A DNA stretch of 25,706 nucleotides, from IMG/VR virus record IMGVR_UViG_3300002098_001352, positions 1 through 25,706 of that record; one strand, 5' to 3'. Each line of letters starts with the position of its first letter. Position 1 is the first letter of the stretch. Below the pieces are notes generated by a model. The model did not search any database. It was not told the origin of the DNA and saw only the letters and a list, made by a program, of their open reading frames with translations. The position numbers were made by a program, and so were the translations under genes. This DNA is from a virus. Taxonomy: Duplodnaviria; Caudoviricetes. Below are positions 8,978 to 16,673 of the stretch, one piece after another.

Positions 8978-9705
8978 TGGCTAATTTAATTATCTGTCCT
9001 GTTGGTATGGAGATGCCACACGACCCACGTTGGAAACAGGAAGACCATTGGCGTTGGACAAACAATGAACGGAACTATGAAACTCTTTTGGTTGTTTACA
9101 ATGATTTTGTTCCAGAACCTGGCTCTTATGACCATATGGTTCGCATTAAGGGACACAAATGGCAACTGATGAAAGAAGTGGCCAAAGATATTCCTTTGGG
9201 TAAATACAATTATATCGGTTGTGTTGATGATGACCTGATTACTGGTTATCAAGACTTCAATAAAGGTCTTGAATTGGCTGAAAAGTTTAAGTTTGAATAC
9301 TGGCAGTTATCAATGCCGTCAGATTCAAGTTTGATTTATGCACCTTTGTTCAATGATCCAACTTGTGATTTTAGTGAAACTAATTTCATTGAAATGGGTT
9401 CTTGTTTCTTTACTGATGAGAAATTCAGATTCTTAATGGAATTTACCAGTCATTGGGACCTAGAAATTGCATGGGGTATTGATAAAACATTCTATGACCT
9501 ATTTCAGTGTCCAGCAAATGTCGTACACACAGGTATGATTCATCAACCATTCAGAGATAGTTACTATGATAAACAAAGAGCTATGGATGAAATGAACTAT
9601 TATTTGTACAAAAGATATCCAGAGATTCTAAAAGAACATTATGGCCGTCAATCAAATTTTGTTGATAGACAAGATACACTGAGAAAATTCAAAGTAAACG
9701 CATGA
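8977..9705 (+). CDS. DUF707-like putative glycosyltransferase
   Basis: 'GHKWQ', 'YIGCVDDDL', 'TNFIEMG', 'WGID' motifs, plus cluster context. Confidence 0.6.
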   Translation: MANLIICPVGMEMPHDPRWKQEDHWRWTNNERNYETLLVVYNDFVPEPGSYDHMVRIKGHKWQLMKEVAKDIPLGKYNYIGCVDDDLITGYQDFNKGLELAEKFKFEYWQLSMPSDSSLIYAPLFNDPTCDFSETNFIEMGSCFFTDEKFRFLMEFTSHWDLEIAWGIDKTFYDLFQCPANVVHTGMIHQPFRDSYYDKQRAMDEMNYYLYKRYPEILKEHYGRQSNFVDRQDTLRKFKVNA

Positions 9706-10511
9706 AGAAATACCTTTACTATCACATATACTTAACCGAAGAAACAGGTTGTTGGTACAATCATTTCCTAGAACAAGTAGTTGCAACTATTGATTCTGGC
9801 CTATATGAACATATGGAAAAGATGTATGTCGTTTGTATAGGTAAAAAAGAAGAAGTTGAAATGTTCACGGGTATTTGTAATACATTTTCTAAGATTGAAA
9901 TACTTGAAAAGATAATCTTAGATGATGATACAGAAGAAAACCTATCACTACAACACGTTTCAAAGATTGATTATCAAAAGAAGAATATACACGATGAAAC
10001 ATTGACGATGAAATATCTGCAAGACCACGCCGAACGTGAAGATGCACATTTCATGTATTTCCATGCAAAAGGAATTACAGTTCCATGGCGCATGAGAGAA
10101 GAAAAAATCTATCAGCCTTTTGTGAACTATTACTTCTGGAGAAAGTTCCTACAATGGGGTTGTATTGAGAACTGGAAACTTTGTACAGATAAATTGGAAG
10201 ACCATTCAGTATCTGGTGTCAACTTTGGTACTTGGCCTGTTCCACACTATTCTGGTGGATTCTGGTGGACAAAATCAAAGTATATCAATAAACTTCCGGA
10301 CATTAAAGAGAATGACTGGTGGAATGAAATGAGAAGAACGACACCATTAAACACATTTGATTCAAACCGAAACAAACCAGAAATGTGGATAGGTGCGAAG
10401 TTTAATAATGATTTTTTTAATATTGTAAGTCATCCTATTATGCCACCTACCGGCACACTGGTTCAAAATACTTGGCCGAGATTCTGTTATGAGAAAGTAG
10501 TTCAAAAATGA
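9702..10511 (+). CDS. Putative glycosyltransferase-like protein (viral glycan-cluster type)
   Basis: 'LYYHI', 'ETLTM', 'MYFHAKG', 'HYSGGFWW', 'EMWIG'. Function inferred from motifs and context. Confidence 0.55.
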   Translation: MKKYLYYHIYLTEETGCWYNHFLEQVVATIDSGLYEHMEKMYVVCIGKKEEVEMFTGICNTFSKIEILEKIILDDDTEENLSLQHVSKIDYQKKNIHDETLTMKYLQDHAEREDAHFMYFHAKGITVPWRMREEKIYQPFVNYYFWRKFLQWGCIENWKLCTDKLEDHSVSGVNFGTWPVPHYSGGFWWTKSKYINKLPDIKENDWWNEMRRTTPLNTFDSNRNKPEMWIGAKFNNDFFNIVSHPIMPPTGTLVQNTWPRFCYEKVVQK

Positions 10512-11200
10512 AAAATATATTCTTAGTTACCTCTTGTATGCAACCCACTTTTGGTGTCATTAATCTGGAAGACAGATACAAACAGACATTGGAAACATTT
10601 GAAAGTATCAGAAATAAAACCGAAGATTCATTTATTGTTTTTACTGATAGTTCTGTTATTCCAATTGAACAACACAAAATAGACAATATAAAGTCTAAAG
10701 TCGATATGTACCTAGATTTGAGTAAAGACCAACAAGCTCAACAATTTAATACACATGAACAACTAAAGAGTTTTGGTGAAAATTTTCTACTGTTGAGAAG
10801 TATAACTTTCCTAAAGAGTAAGTATGACTTCAAAACCATGCAGGGACGTATGTTCAAATTGGGTGGTAGGTCAAAATTACAAGATAATTTCAATATGAGA
10901 GATTATGACAATACTGAGGGTAAATTCATCTTTAAGAAAAGACTAAACAGCTGGATGCCTATAGAAGTGCAGAATCAATTTGGTTCCACACATATATTAG
11001 AAACAAGAATGTATTCATGGTGTCTTTCTCTGGTTGACGATTATGAACAGATAATCTATAAAAACTTTGAGATGATGAACAAAGGTTTGGATACTGAACA
11101 TTGTCACTTTCTTAATGTCCCAAGAGAAAAACTATTGGAATTTGATATGTTGAATGTTGGAACAACCATTGCAAGAACCGGAGATTATATGTTAGACTGA
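10508..11200 (+). CDS. Hypothetical protein of the glycan cluster (possible GT-A-like fold)
   Basis: 'IFLVTS', 'RYKQTLET..SI', 'FTDSS', 'FKLGGR', 'DTEH'. Translationally coupled to the upstream gene. Confidence 0.6.
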   Translation: MKNIFLVTSCMQPTFGVINLEDRYKQTLETFESIRNKTEDSFIVFTDSSVIPIEQHKIDNIKSKVDMYLDLSKDQQAQQFNTHEQLKSFGENFLLLRSITFLKSKYDFKTMQGRMFKLGGRSKLQDNFNMRDYDNTEGKFIFKKRLNSWMPIEVQNQFGSTHILETRMYSWCLSLVDDYEQIIYKNFEMMNKGLDTEHCHFLNVPREKLLEFDMLNVGTTIARTGDYMLD

Positions 11201-11223
11201 TTTCCGGTCAGTATGTATCAAAC

Positions 11224-11252
11224 CCAATATTTCAAAAGTTTGAATATATTGG
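11224..11252. terminator. Intergenic inverted repeat, possible terminator or processing hairpin
   Basis: CCAATAT-TTCAAA-AG-TTTGAA-T-ATATTGG between the glycan cluster and the next late promoter. AT-rich and lacks a + strand U-tract. Confidence 0.4.
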
Positions 11253-11263
11253 TTAAAAAATTG

Positions 11264-11271
11264 TATAAATA
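11264..11271 (+). promoter_or_regulatory. T4-type late promoter TATAAATA
   Basis: Perfect consensus 46 nt upstream of ATG 11318. The leader contains a GCAAC/GTTGC hairpin (11281-11298) and SD GAGGT. Confidence 0.88.
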
Positions 11272-11317
11272 AGCCCATCGGCAACCAAAGTGTGTTGCAT
11301 TTCTAGAGGTATAATCA

Positions 11318-12511
11318 ATGTTATCATTTCAAACTTACTTAAAAGAAGAAGCCGAAGGTGGTGAACTTAAGCATATTCACCATGCGGAAGACCGTCCGTT
11401 AATGCACGGTCATGCCGGTTTTGAACACGCACATGAAGCACTAATGAAGGCTCATGCACACATGAAGGCTGGTGCAAGTCATAGTGATTTGACAATGAAG
11501 TATGATGGTTCTCCATCCCTTGTCTTTGGTCACCATCCAAAAAATGGTAAATTCTTTGTTGCAACTAAGTCGGCTTTCAATAAAGATCCAAAGATTAATC
11601 ACACAGAAAAAGATATTGATAAGAACCATGGCCATGCACCAGGCCTTGCAAAAACACTAAAACACGCACTCAAACATCTACCAAAAGTAACACCAAAACA
11701 TGGTGTTTATCAAGGTGACTTGATGCACCATGCAGAAACCAAACATCTACATGAAGGTGTTATTCTAGAGGCCAAAGGTACTAAAGTATCTTTTACACCA
11801 AATACAATCACTTATACACCTAAAAGTAAAGAAGATACTGAAAAGGTTAAGAAATCTAAAGTAGGTATTGTAGTTCATCAGAAATATAGTGATGACATGA
11901 AAAGTGCTTCTCCTCATGTTGACCATCACAATTTCAAAGAACATCCAGATGTCCATATTCATGGTGCAGAACACGACACCAGTAAAGTAAAACATTCTGA
12001 TGAAAATGAAAAGAAATTCCAATCTCATATGGCTGCTGCAAAAGAAATCCATGACACACATGGTCACAAAATGTATGATGCAGTACACCACAAACATGGT
12101 GGTGAAACTGGTCATCTATCTACATACATCAATAAAACAGTTAGACATGATGAAGTTCCATCTGTTAAAGGTTTCAAAGAACACCTACATGATGTACATG
12201 AAAAACAAGCTGCCAAAGTTAAAACTGAAAAGTCTAAGGCAGAAAAAACAGGTGAAGGTAAGTCACAGATTGCTCATGTAGAAAAACACAAGGCACATTA
12301 TGGTAACTTGTTTACGATGCATCACCACTTACACCAAGCCAAGAATGCATTGGTAAATTCTTTAGAAACACACGAAGGACGTTACCATCACCACATTGAA
12401 GGTAAGAAGTCTAAACCAGAAGGTTTCGTTGTACACCACAATAATGAACCAACTAAATTGGTTAATCGTGCTGAGTTCGCTAAACAAAATCTGTTAAAAG
12501 TACGTAAATGA
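11318..12511 (+). CDS. His-rich DUF6267-like protein with ATP-dependent ligase/nucleotidyltransferase motifs and a capsid-targeting-like N-terminus
   Basis: Motif I 'MKYDGS', III 'YQGDLM', IV 'EGFVV', V 'KLVN'. N-terminus MLSFQTYLKEE. About 56 His in 397 aa. Confidence 0.7.
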   Translation: MLSFQTYLKEEAEGGELKHIHHAEDRPLMHGHAGFEHAHEALMKAHAHMKAGASHSDLTMKYDGSPSLVFGHHPKNGKFFVATKSAFNKDPKINHTEKDIDKNHGHAPGLAKTLKHALKHLPKVTPKHGVYQGDLMHHAETKHLHEGVILEAKGTKVSFTPNTITYTPKSKEDTEKVKKSKVGIVVHQKYSDDMKSASPHVDHHNFKEHPDVHIHGAEHDTSKVKHSDENEKKFQSHMAAAKEIHDTHGHKMYDAVHHKHGGETGHLSTYINKTVRHDEVPSVKGFKEHLHDVHEKQAAKVKTEKSKAEKTGEGKSQIAHVEKHKAHYGNLFTMHHHLHQAKNALVNSLETHEGRYHHHIEGKKSKPEGFVVHHNNEPTKLVNRAEFAKQNLLKVRK

Positions 12512-13464
12512 AAACACTTAAGCAATTTATATTAGAAGCCAAAAGTGGCGTCACTTATAATGATGAACATGCTCATGCTAGAGTGTGGAATCATATGATT
12601 AGTAAAGGAATTGCTCATGACAAATCTGCTATGAGCAATGAATTGGAAAAATCAAAAACGGATACAAAACATCCATTACATTTTAATAATGCTGGTGATG
12701 AAGGTTTCACGGGTGGTAAAAAAACAAAAGAATCAAAAGACAGTTATCATGCAGAACATGAAACAGCTATGCATACAGTTCATGCTTTGGCCACACATCC
12801 ACACTTCAAGAAAGCAGTAGCTGAAAAACATCACGCAAAAGTGATGGGAGGAGAAAAAGGTACCGTATCCGATACTTGGAAAAAATATGGTGCAACTAAA
12901 GGAGCAACATCAAAATCTGATGTTTCAATACATGATCCAAAAAAATCAGGCGGCGCAGGACTTCGGTTATCAATGAAAAAGGGTGGTGGTTCACAGTTAA
13001 TGTCTGGTGGTCCAGAAGAAAATGCAGCGGTACATCACCACGCTGCATCCGAAATGTTAAATAAACATCCTAATTATAAAGACTTGCCTGATAAAAAGAA
13101 AAAAGAAATTCATACTGGTATCATGAATGATATGAACAATGTTGCTAAACACTTAAATTCGATGAAAACAGCACCTAGAGAAAAGCTAGAACATCATCGT
13201 ATTCAAGGACAAACACATATGGATGCTACACACAATCGTCATCCAGAATTGAATCACTATGTCAGAAAAGAAGCAACAACTGGAGCTGGTAAATTTGGTG
13301 AAGGTTCACACCATGCAGCTGCATATCTAGTGAAATCTGCTAGTGGTAATAACGAAGCAAAAGTTACACATGTAGATAAACATGATTATGAAGGTTCTCG
13401 TCCCCGTGTTTCATTACCTAAGGGTGCAGGAAGATCCGGTAACGTGAAGTCAGATGAGAGATAA
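12508..13464 (+). CDS. His-rich hypothetical protein with possible PD-(D/E)xK-like core and capsid-targeting-like N-terminus
   Basis: MKTLKQFILE; 'TSKSDVSI...LRLSMKKGGGSQLMSG'. About 31 His in 318 aa. Confidence 0.6.
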   Translation: MKTLKQFILEAKSGVTYNDEHAHARVWNHMISKGIAHDKSAMSNELEKSKTDTKHPLHFNNAGDEGFTGGKKTKESKDSYHAEHETAMHTVHALATHPHFKKAVAEKHHAKVMGGEKGTVSDTWKKYGATKGATSKSDVSIHDPKKSGGAGLRLSMKKGGGSQLMSGGPEENAAVHHHAASEMLNKHPNYKDLPDKKKKEIHTGIMNDMNNVAKHLNSMKTAPREKLEHHRIQGQTHMDATHNRHPELNHYVRKEATTGAGKFGEGSHHAAAYLVKSASGNNEAKVTHVDKHDYEGSRPRVSLPKGAGRSGNVKSDER

Positions 13465-13465
13465 A

Positions 13466-15274
13466 ATGAAGTCATTTTTAGATATATTAAAGGAAGAAAA
13501 GACAGGTGAAAAACACCATGTCTTTACTTTTGGTAGAATGAATCCGCCTACTACTGGCCACTTGAAGTTAATTGACAAAGTTAAAGACGTTGCCGCAAAA
13601 CACAATGCAACACATACTGTGGTTACTTCACATTCTCAAGATGCAAAGAAGAATCCTTTGTCTGCTGCACAGAAGGTTAAACACCTAAAGAGATATTCTC
13701 CAGGTACCAATTTTCATGCATCATCAAAAGAACATCCTACGTTCTTACACCATGCAGCTGAACTACACAAAAAAGGTGTAACGCATTTACATATGGTAGT
13801 TGGTTCTGACCGTACACATGAAATGAAAGCTAAATTGCACCAGTATAATGGTCCACATGAAGGTGCATTATACCATTTCAAAAAGATTCATGTGCATTCT
13901 GCTGGTGAACGTGATCCGGATGCAGAAGGTACGACTGGTATGTCTGGCACCAAGATGCGTGAACATGCCAAGAACAAAGATGTGAAATCCTTTAAGCAGG
14001 GCGTTCCACACCACGTTTCCGATACACATGCAAAGGAATTGATGCATGACACAAGAAAAGGTATGGGATTACACGAAACTTACAATCGTGGTATGTTCAA
14101 AGCCATTTTTGTAACAGGTGGGCCAGGTTCTGGTAAAGATGTTATCATCCGTGAAGCAATTGCCGAATCAAAAGCAGTAGAGTTGAATTCTGTACAAGGG
14201 TTTGACTATCTAATGGACAAACAGAAGTTGGCTGAAAAATCTAGTGACTTCCGTAGAGAAGCAATCAGAAATCGTGGACCTTTGATTATCAATGGACCTG
14301 CTGATGACCATTCTCGTATCATTACAATCAAAGAAGAACTGGAAGAACTTGGTTACGAAACAATTATGGTATTCGTTAATACCACAGACCAAGCAAGCCA
14401 AGAAAGAAACCAACGTTTGACAAAAATGGTTTCCGAATCAATCAGACGAGAAAAATGGGAACTTGCCCAATCTTGTAAAGAATCTTATGTGCAAAATTTT
14501 GATAACTTCATATATTTTGACAATAGTTCAGAAATTGAATCTATTGAGGAAGATATTACTGAGACCTATAAAAAAATAAATACATTTATAGACAGTAAGA
14601 ATTATGGCGATATTTCTTATTCATGGTTGGAAAATCATGGTAAGTTGGGTGCAAATGAATCATTTAATTATTTTAAGGAAAATTATCATGCTAAAGAAAG
14701 TACTAGATTGGTTGAAGGGAACACCAAAAGAAACCCAGAGCTCCGTAGTTCAGGAGGTCCCAAAGCTGACGGACCAAGTGACATCAGTCCCGACAATAGA
14801 GCCAGTGACTCTAACGCAGGAGATATCAAGTGGAACGGTGGTAAAAAGCGTGGAACCTACACCTTCAAAACCTACGGTGAAGAAGTCAACAGCACCCCGC
14901 ACCTCCAAATCTTCCCCAGTCCAAAAGAAAGCAACTTCTCCAAAGACAAAGACAAAGACAAAGTAAATAAAAAAAGATATTCTGATTCTCCGTCACCAAA
15001 TAAAAGAATGAGAAATGTGACGGGAATTGGACCAGAATATGATACACGGGCTCAGGGAACAGTATACCCTATGTCAGGCCTAGGTGATGTAACATACAGA
15101 GAACATGTAGAATTTAAGAACTTTAGAAATAGAGTCAAAGAAGCAATTGACGATCCAGGTGCTTGTGACATGGGTGTTAGTGGTACTGCTGGCAGTGCAA
15201 CTAATAAAGAACCTATGCAGTCATATAAAGACCAAGATAGGAATTATACTACAGTTAAGAAGAAAAAGAAATGA
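13466..15274 (+). CDS. Multidomain protein: HIGH-type cytidyltransferase/nucleotidyltransferase + P-loop kinase (AAA_33/zeta-like) + low-complexity tail
   Basis: 'FTFGRMNPPTTGH', 'VVGSDR', 'MSGTKMR'; then 'IFVTGGPGSGKD', 'GYETIMVFV...ERNQR'. ATG 13466 gives MKSFLDILKEE. Confidence 0.85.
   Translation: MKSFLDILKEEKTGEKHHVFTFGRMNPPTTGHLKLIDKVKDVAAKHNATHTVVTSHSQDAKKNPLSAAQKVKHLKRYSPGTNFHASSKEHPTFLHHAAELHKKGVTHLHMVVGSDRTHEMKAKLHQYNGPHEGALYHFKKIHVHSAGERDPDAEGTTGMSGTKMREHAKNKDVKSFKQGVPHHVSDTHAKELMHDTRKGMGLHETYNRGMFKAIFVTGGPGSGKDVIIREAIAESKAVELNSVQGFDYLMDKQKLAEKSSDFRREAIRNRGPLIINGPADDHSRIITIKEELEELGYETIMVFVNTTDQASQERNQRLTKMVSESIRREKWELAQSCKESYVQNFDNFIYFDNSSEIESIEEDITETYKKINTFIDSKNYGDISYSWLENHGKLGANESFNYFKENYHAKESTRLVEGNTKRNPELRSSGGPKADGPSDISPDNRASDSNAGDIKWNGGKKRGTYTFKTYGEEVNSTPHLQIFPSPKESNFSKDKDKDKVNKKRYSDSPSPNKRMRNVTGIGPEYDTRAQGTVYPMSGLGDVTYREHVEFKNFRNRVKEAIDDPGACDMGVSGTAGSATNKEPMQSYKDQDRNYTTVKKKKK
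14688..14966 (+). CDS. Candidate overprinted gene (92 aa, S/T/P/K-rich) nested in the +1 frame of 13466..15274
   Basis: TAAGGA SD 8 nt before ATG 14688, amphipathic start MLKKVLDWLKG, and a local shift in base composition. Confidence 0.55.
   Translation: MLKKVLDWLKGTPKETQSSVVQEVPKLTDQVTSVPTIEPVTLTQEISSGTVVKSVEPTPSKPTVKKSTAPRTSKSSPVQKKATSPKTKTKTK
14941..14963 (+). repeat. Short tandem repeat (CAAAGA)x3.8
   Basis: caaagacaaagacaaagacaaag encodes KDKDKDK in the main frame and KTKTKTK in the nested frame. Confidence 0.7.
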
Positions 15275-15573
15275 AATCTTTCAAAGAATTTTTAGAAGAA
15301 ACTGCCGCATGGCAACGTTCTGCTGGAAAAGACCCGGAGGGTGGGTTAAATAGAAAAGGTATTGCTTCATATCGTAAGGAACATCCAGGTTCTAAACTTT
15401 CAATGGCTGTTACAACAAAGCCATCTAAGTTGAAAGCTGGAAGTAAAGCTGCAAATAGAAGAAAGTCATTTTGCTCTAGAATGAGTGGAATGAAAAAGAA
15501 GTTAACATCTGCTAAGACGGCACATGATCCTGATTCTAGGATCAATAAGTCTTTGAGAAAATGGAATTGCTAA
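15271..15573 (+). CDS. Small basic protein (DUF6321-like) with capsid-targeting-like N-terminus
   Basis: MKSFKEFLEE; 'AWQRSAGKDPEGGLN', 'RRKSFCSRM', 'SRINKSLRKWNC'. Confidence 0.75.
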   Translation: MKSFKEFLEETAAWQRSAGKDPEGGLNRKGIASYRKEHPGSKLSMAVTTKPSKLKAGSKAANRRKSFCSRMSGMKKKLTSAKTAHDPDSRINKSLRKWNC

Positions 15574-15587
15574 AACGGAGAACAACA

Positions 15588-16664
15588 ATGATAAACTTAA
15601 AGAAAAACGATGCGATTGCTGATGCAGTTAGAGACATCATGGAAAAAGAATTAAAAGGTAATCAAACAAAATTGGACAAGAACCATAATGGTAAACTTGA
15701 CAAACAAGATTTTGAGATTCTTCGTGGCCAAAAAGTTAAAGAAGGCACTGATGTGAATGACAGAAGTGAGGACACTCTTGCTGGTCGTATTAAAACGAAA
15801 AAGAAAGATGATGTTGGTCCTGGCGCTGACTTCAAATCAACCAAAGTTGACATGAAATCCGAAGAAACAGTTGAAGAAAATGCTTTTGACTATAAAAGTC
15901 CTCGTCAACCAGAACCTAACGGTGGTTCAGGTGTAAAAAAAGGAACTCGTTACGGTGGTTCTAAACAAAAAGAAAAACCAGAACAAGAAATGCCAAAAGA
16001 AAAAAATGAAGATGTTGAACATATTGATGAAAAAAATTGGATTGCTGGTGCAATTAAACATCCAGGTGCAGAAACTGCTGCAGCTAAACGTGCTGGCATG
16101 TCCGTTCAAGCATATGCATCAAAACATCAACATGATTCCGGTACATCTGGCAAACGTGCTCGTTTAGCTATGACATTGAAGAAAATGAAAGAAAGATACG
16201 AAGAACCAATCATTGATGAATTGATTAATGAAGTTCTTTCTAAAGATGCAGATGCTGGTGATTATATTCATGATTTTATACATTCAGATAATCCAAAATT
16301 TGCTGGTAAGTCTAAAGCAGAACGTAAAAAAATGGCTCTTGGTGCTTACTATGGAAAAAAGAATGAAGAAGTTAATGAAGGTTTGAAGTCTGTTGCTAAG
16401 AAAGCATTCAAAGCATTGACTGGTGGTTCTGATGAAGACCAACGTAAAGACCTACAACGTAAGATGGGTGTACCACAGACTGGTCAGAAACCAACTCAAA
16501 AAGAAGAAGTTGTTGTAGAATCTAAAGGTCCAACAAGTCAAATGGATGAACCATTCATTACTAATGCAGAAAACAAGCCTTTGAACAATGCAAAAGAACT
16601 TGCTTCTAAAACACTTAAAAGAATGAAAAGTGAAATGCTTGGAAAAGCAGGAACATCCGAATAA
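15588..16664 (+). CDS. Modular charged protein, probable internal head/core protein, with EF-hand-like loop
   Basis: SD GGAG before ATG 15588; 'DKNHNGKLDKQD' loop; short basic modules separated by hydrophobic-x-E motifs. Confidence 0.7.
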   Translation: MINLKKNDAIADAVRDIMEKELKGNQTKLDKNHNGKLDKQDFEILRGQKVKEGTDVNDRSEDTLAGRIKTKKKDDVGPGADFKSTKVDMKSEETVEENAFDYKSPRQPEPNGGSGVKKGTRYGGSKQKEKPEQEMPKEKNEDVEHIDEKNWIAGAIKHPGAETAAAKRAGMSVQAYASKHQHDSGTSGKRARLAMTLKKMKERYEEPIIDELINEVLSKDADAGDYIHDFIHSDNPKFAGKSKAERKKMALGAYYGKKNEEVNEGLKSVAKKAFKALTGGSDEDQRKDLQRKMGVPQTGQKPTQKEEVVVESKGPTSQMDEPFITNAENKPLNNAKELASKTLKRMKSEMLGKAGTSE

Positions 16665-16673
16665 GGTAACCCC

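Noticed and set aside
4610-11200. Host LPS/O-antigen island or bacterial contamination
   Set aside because: Same strand, composition and tight coupling as the flanking phage genes, with no flippase, polymerase or mobility genes.
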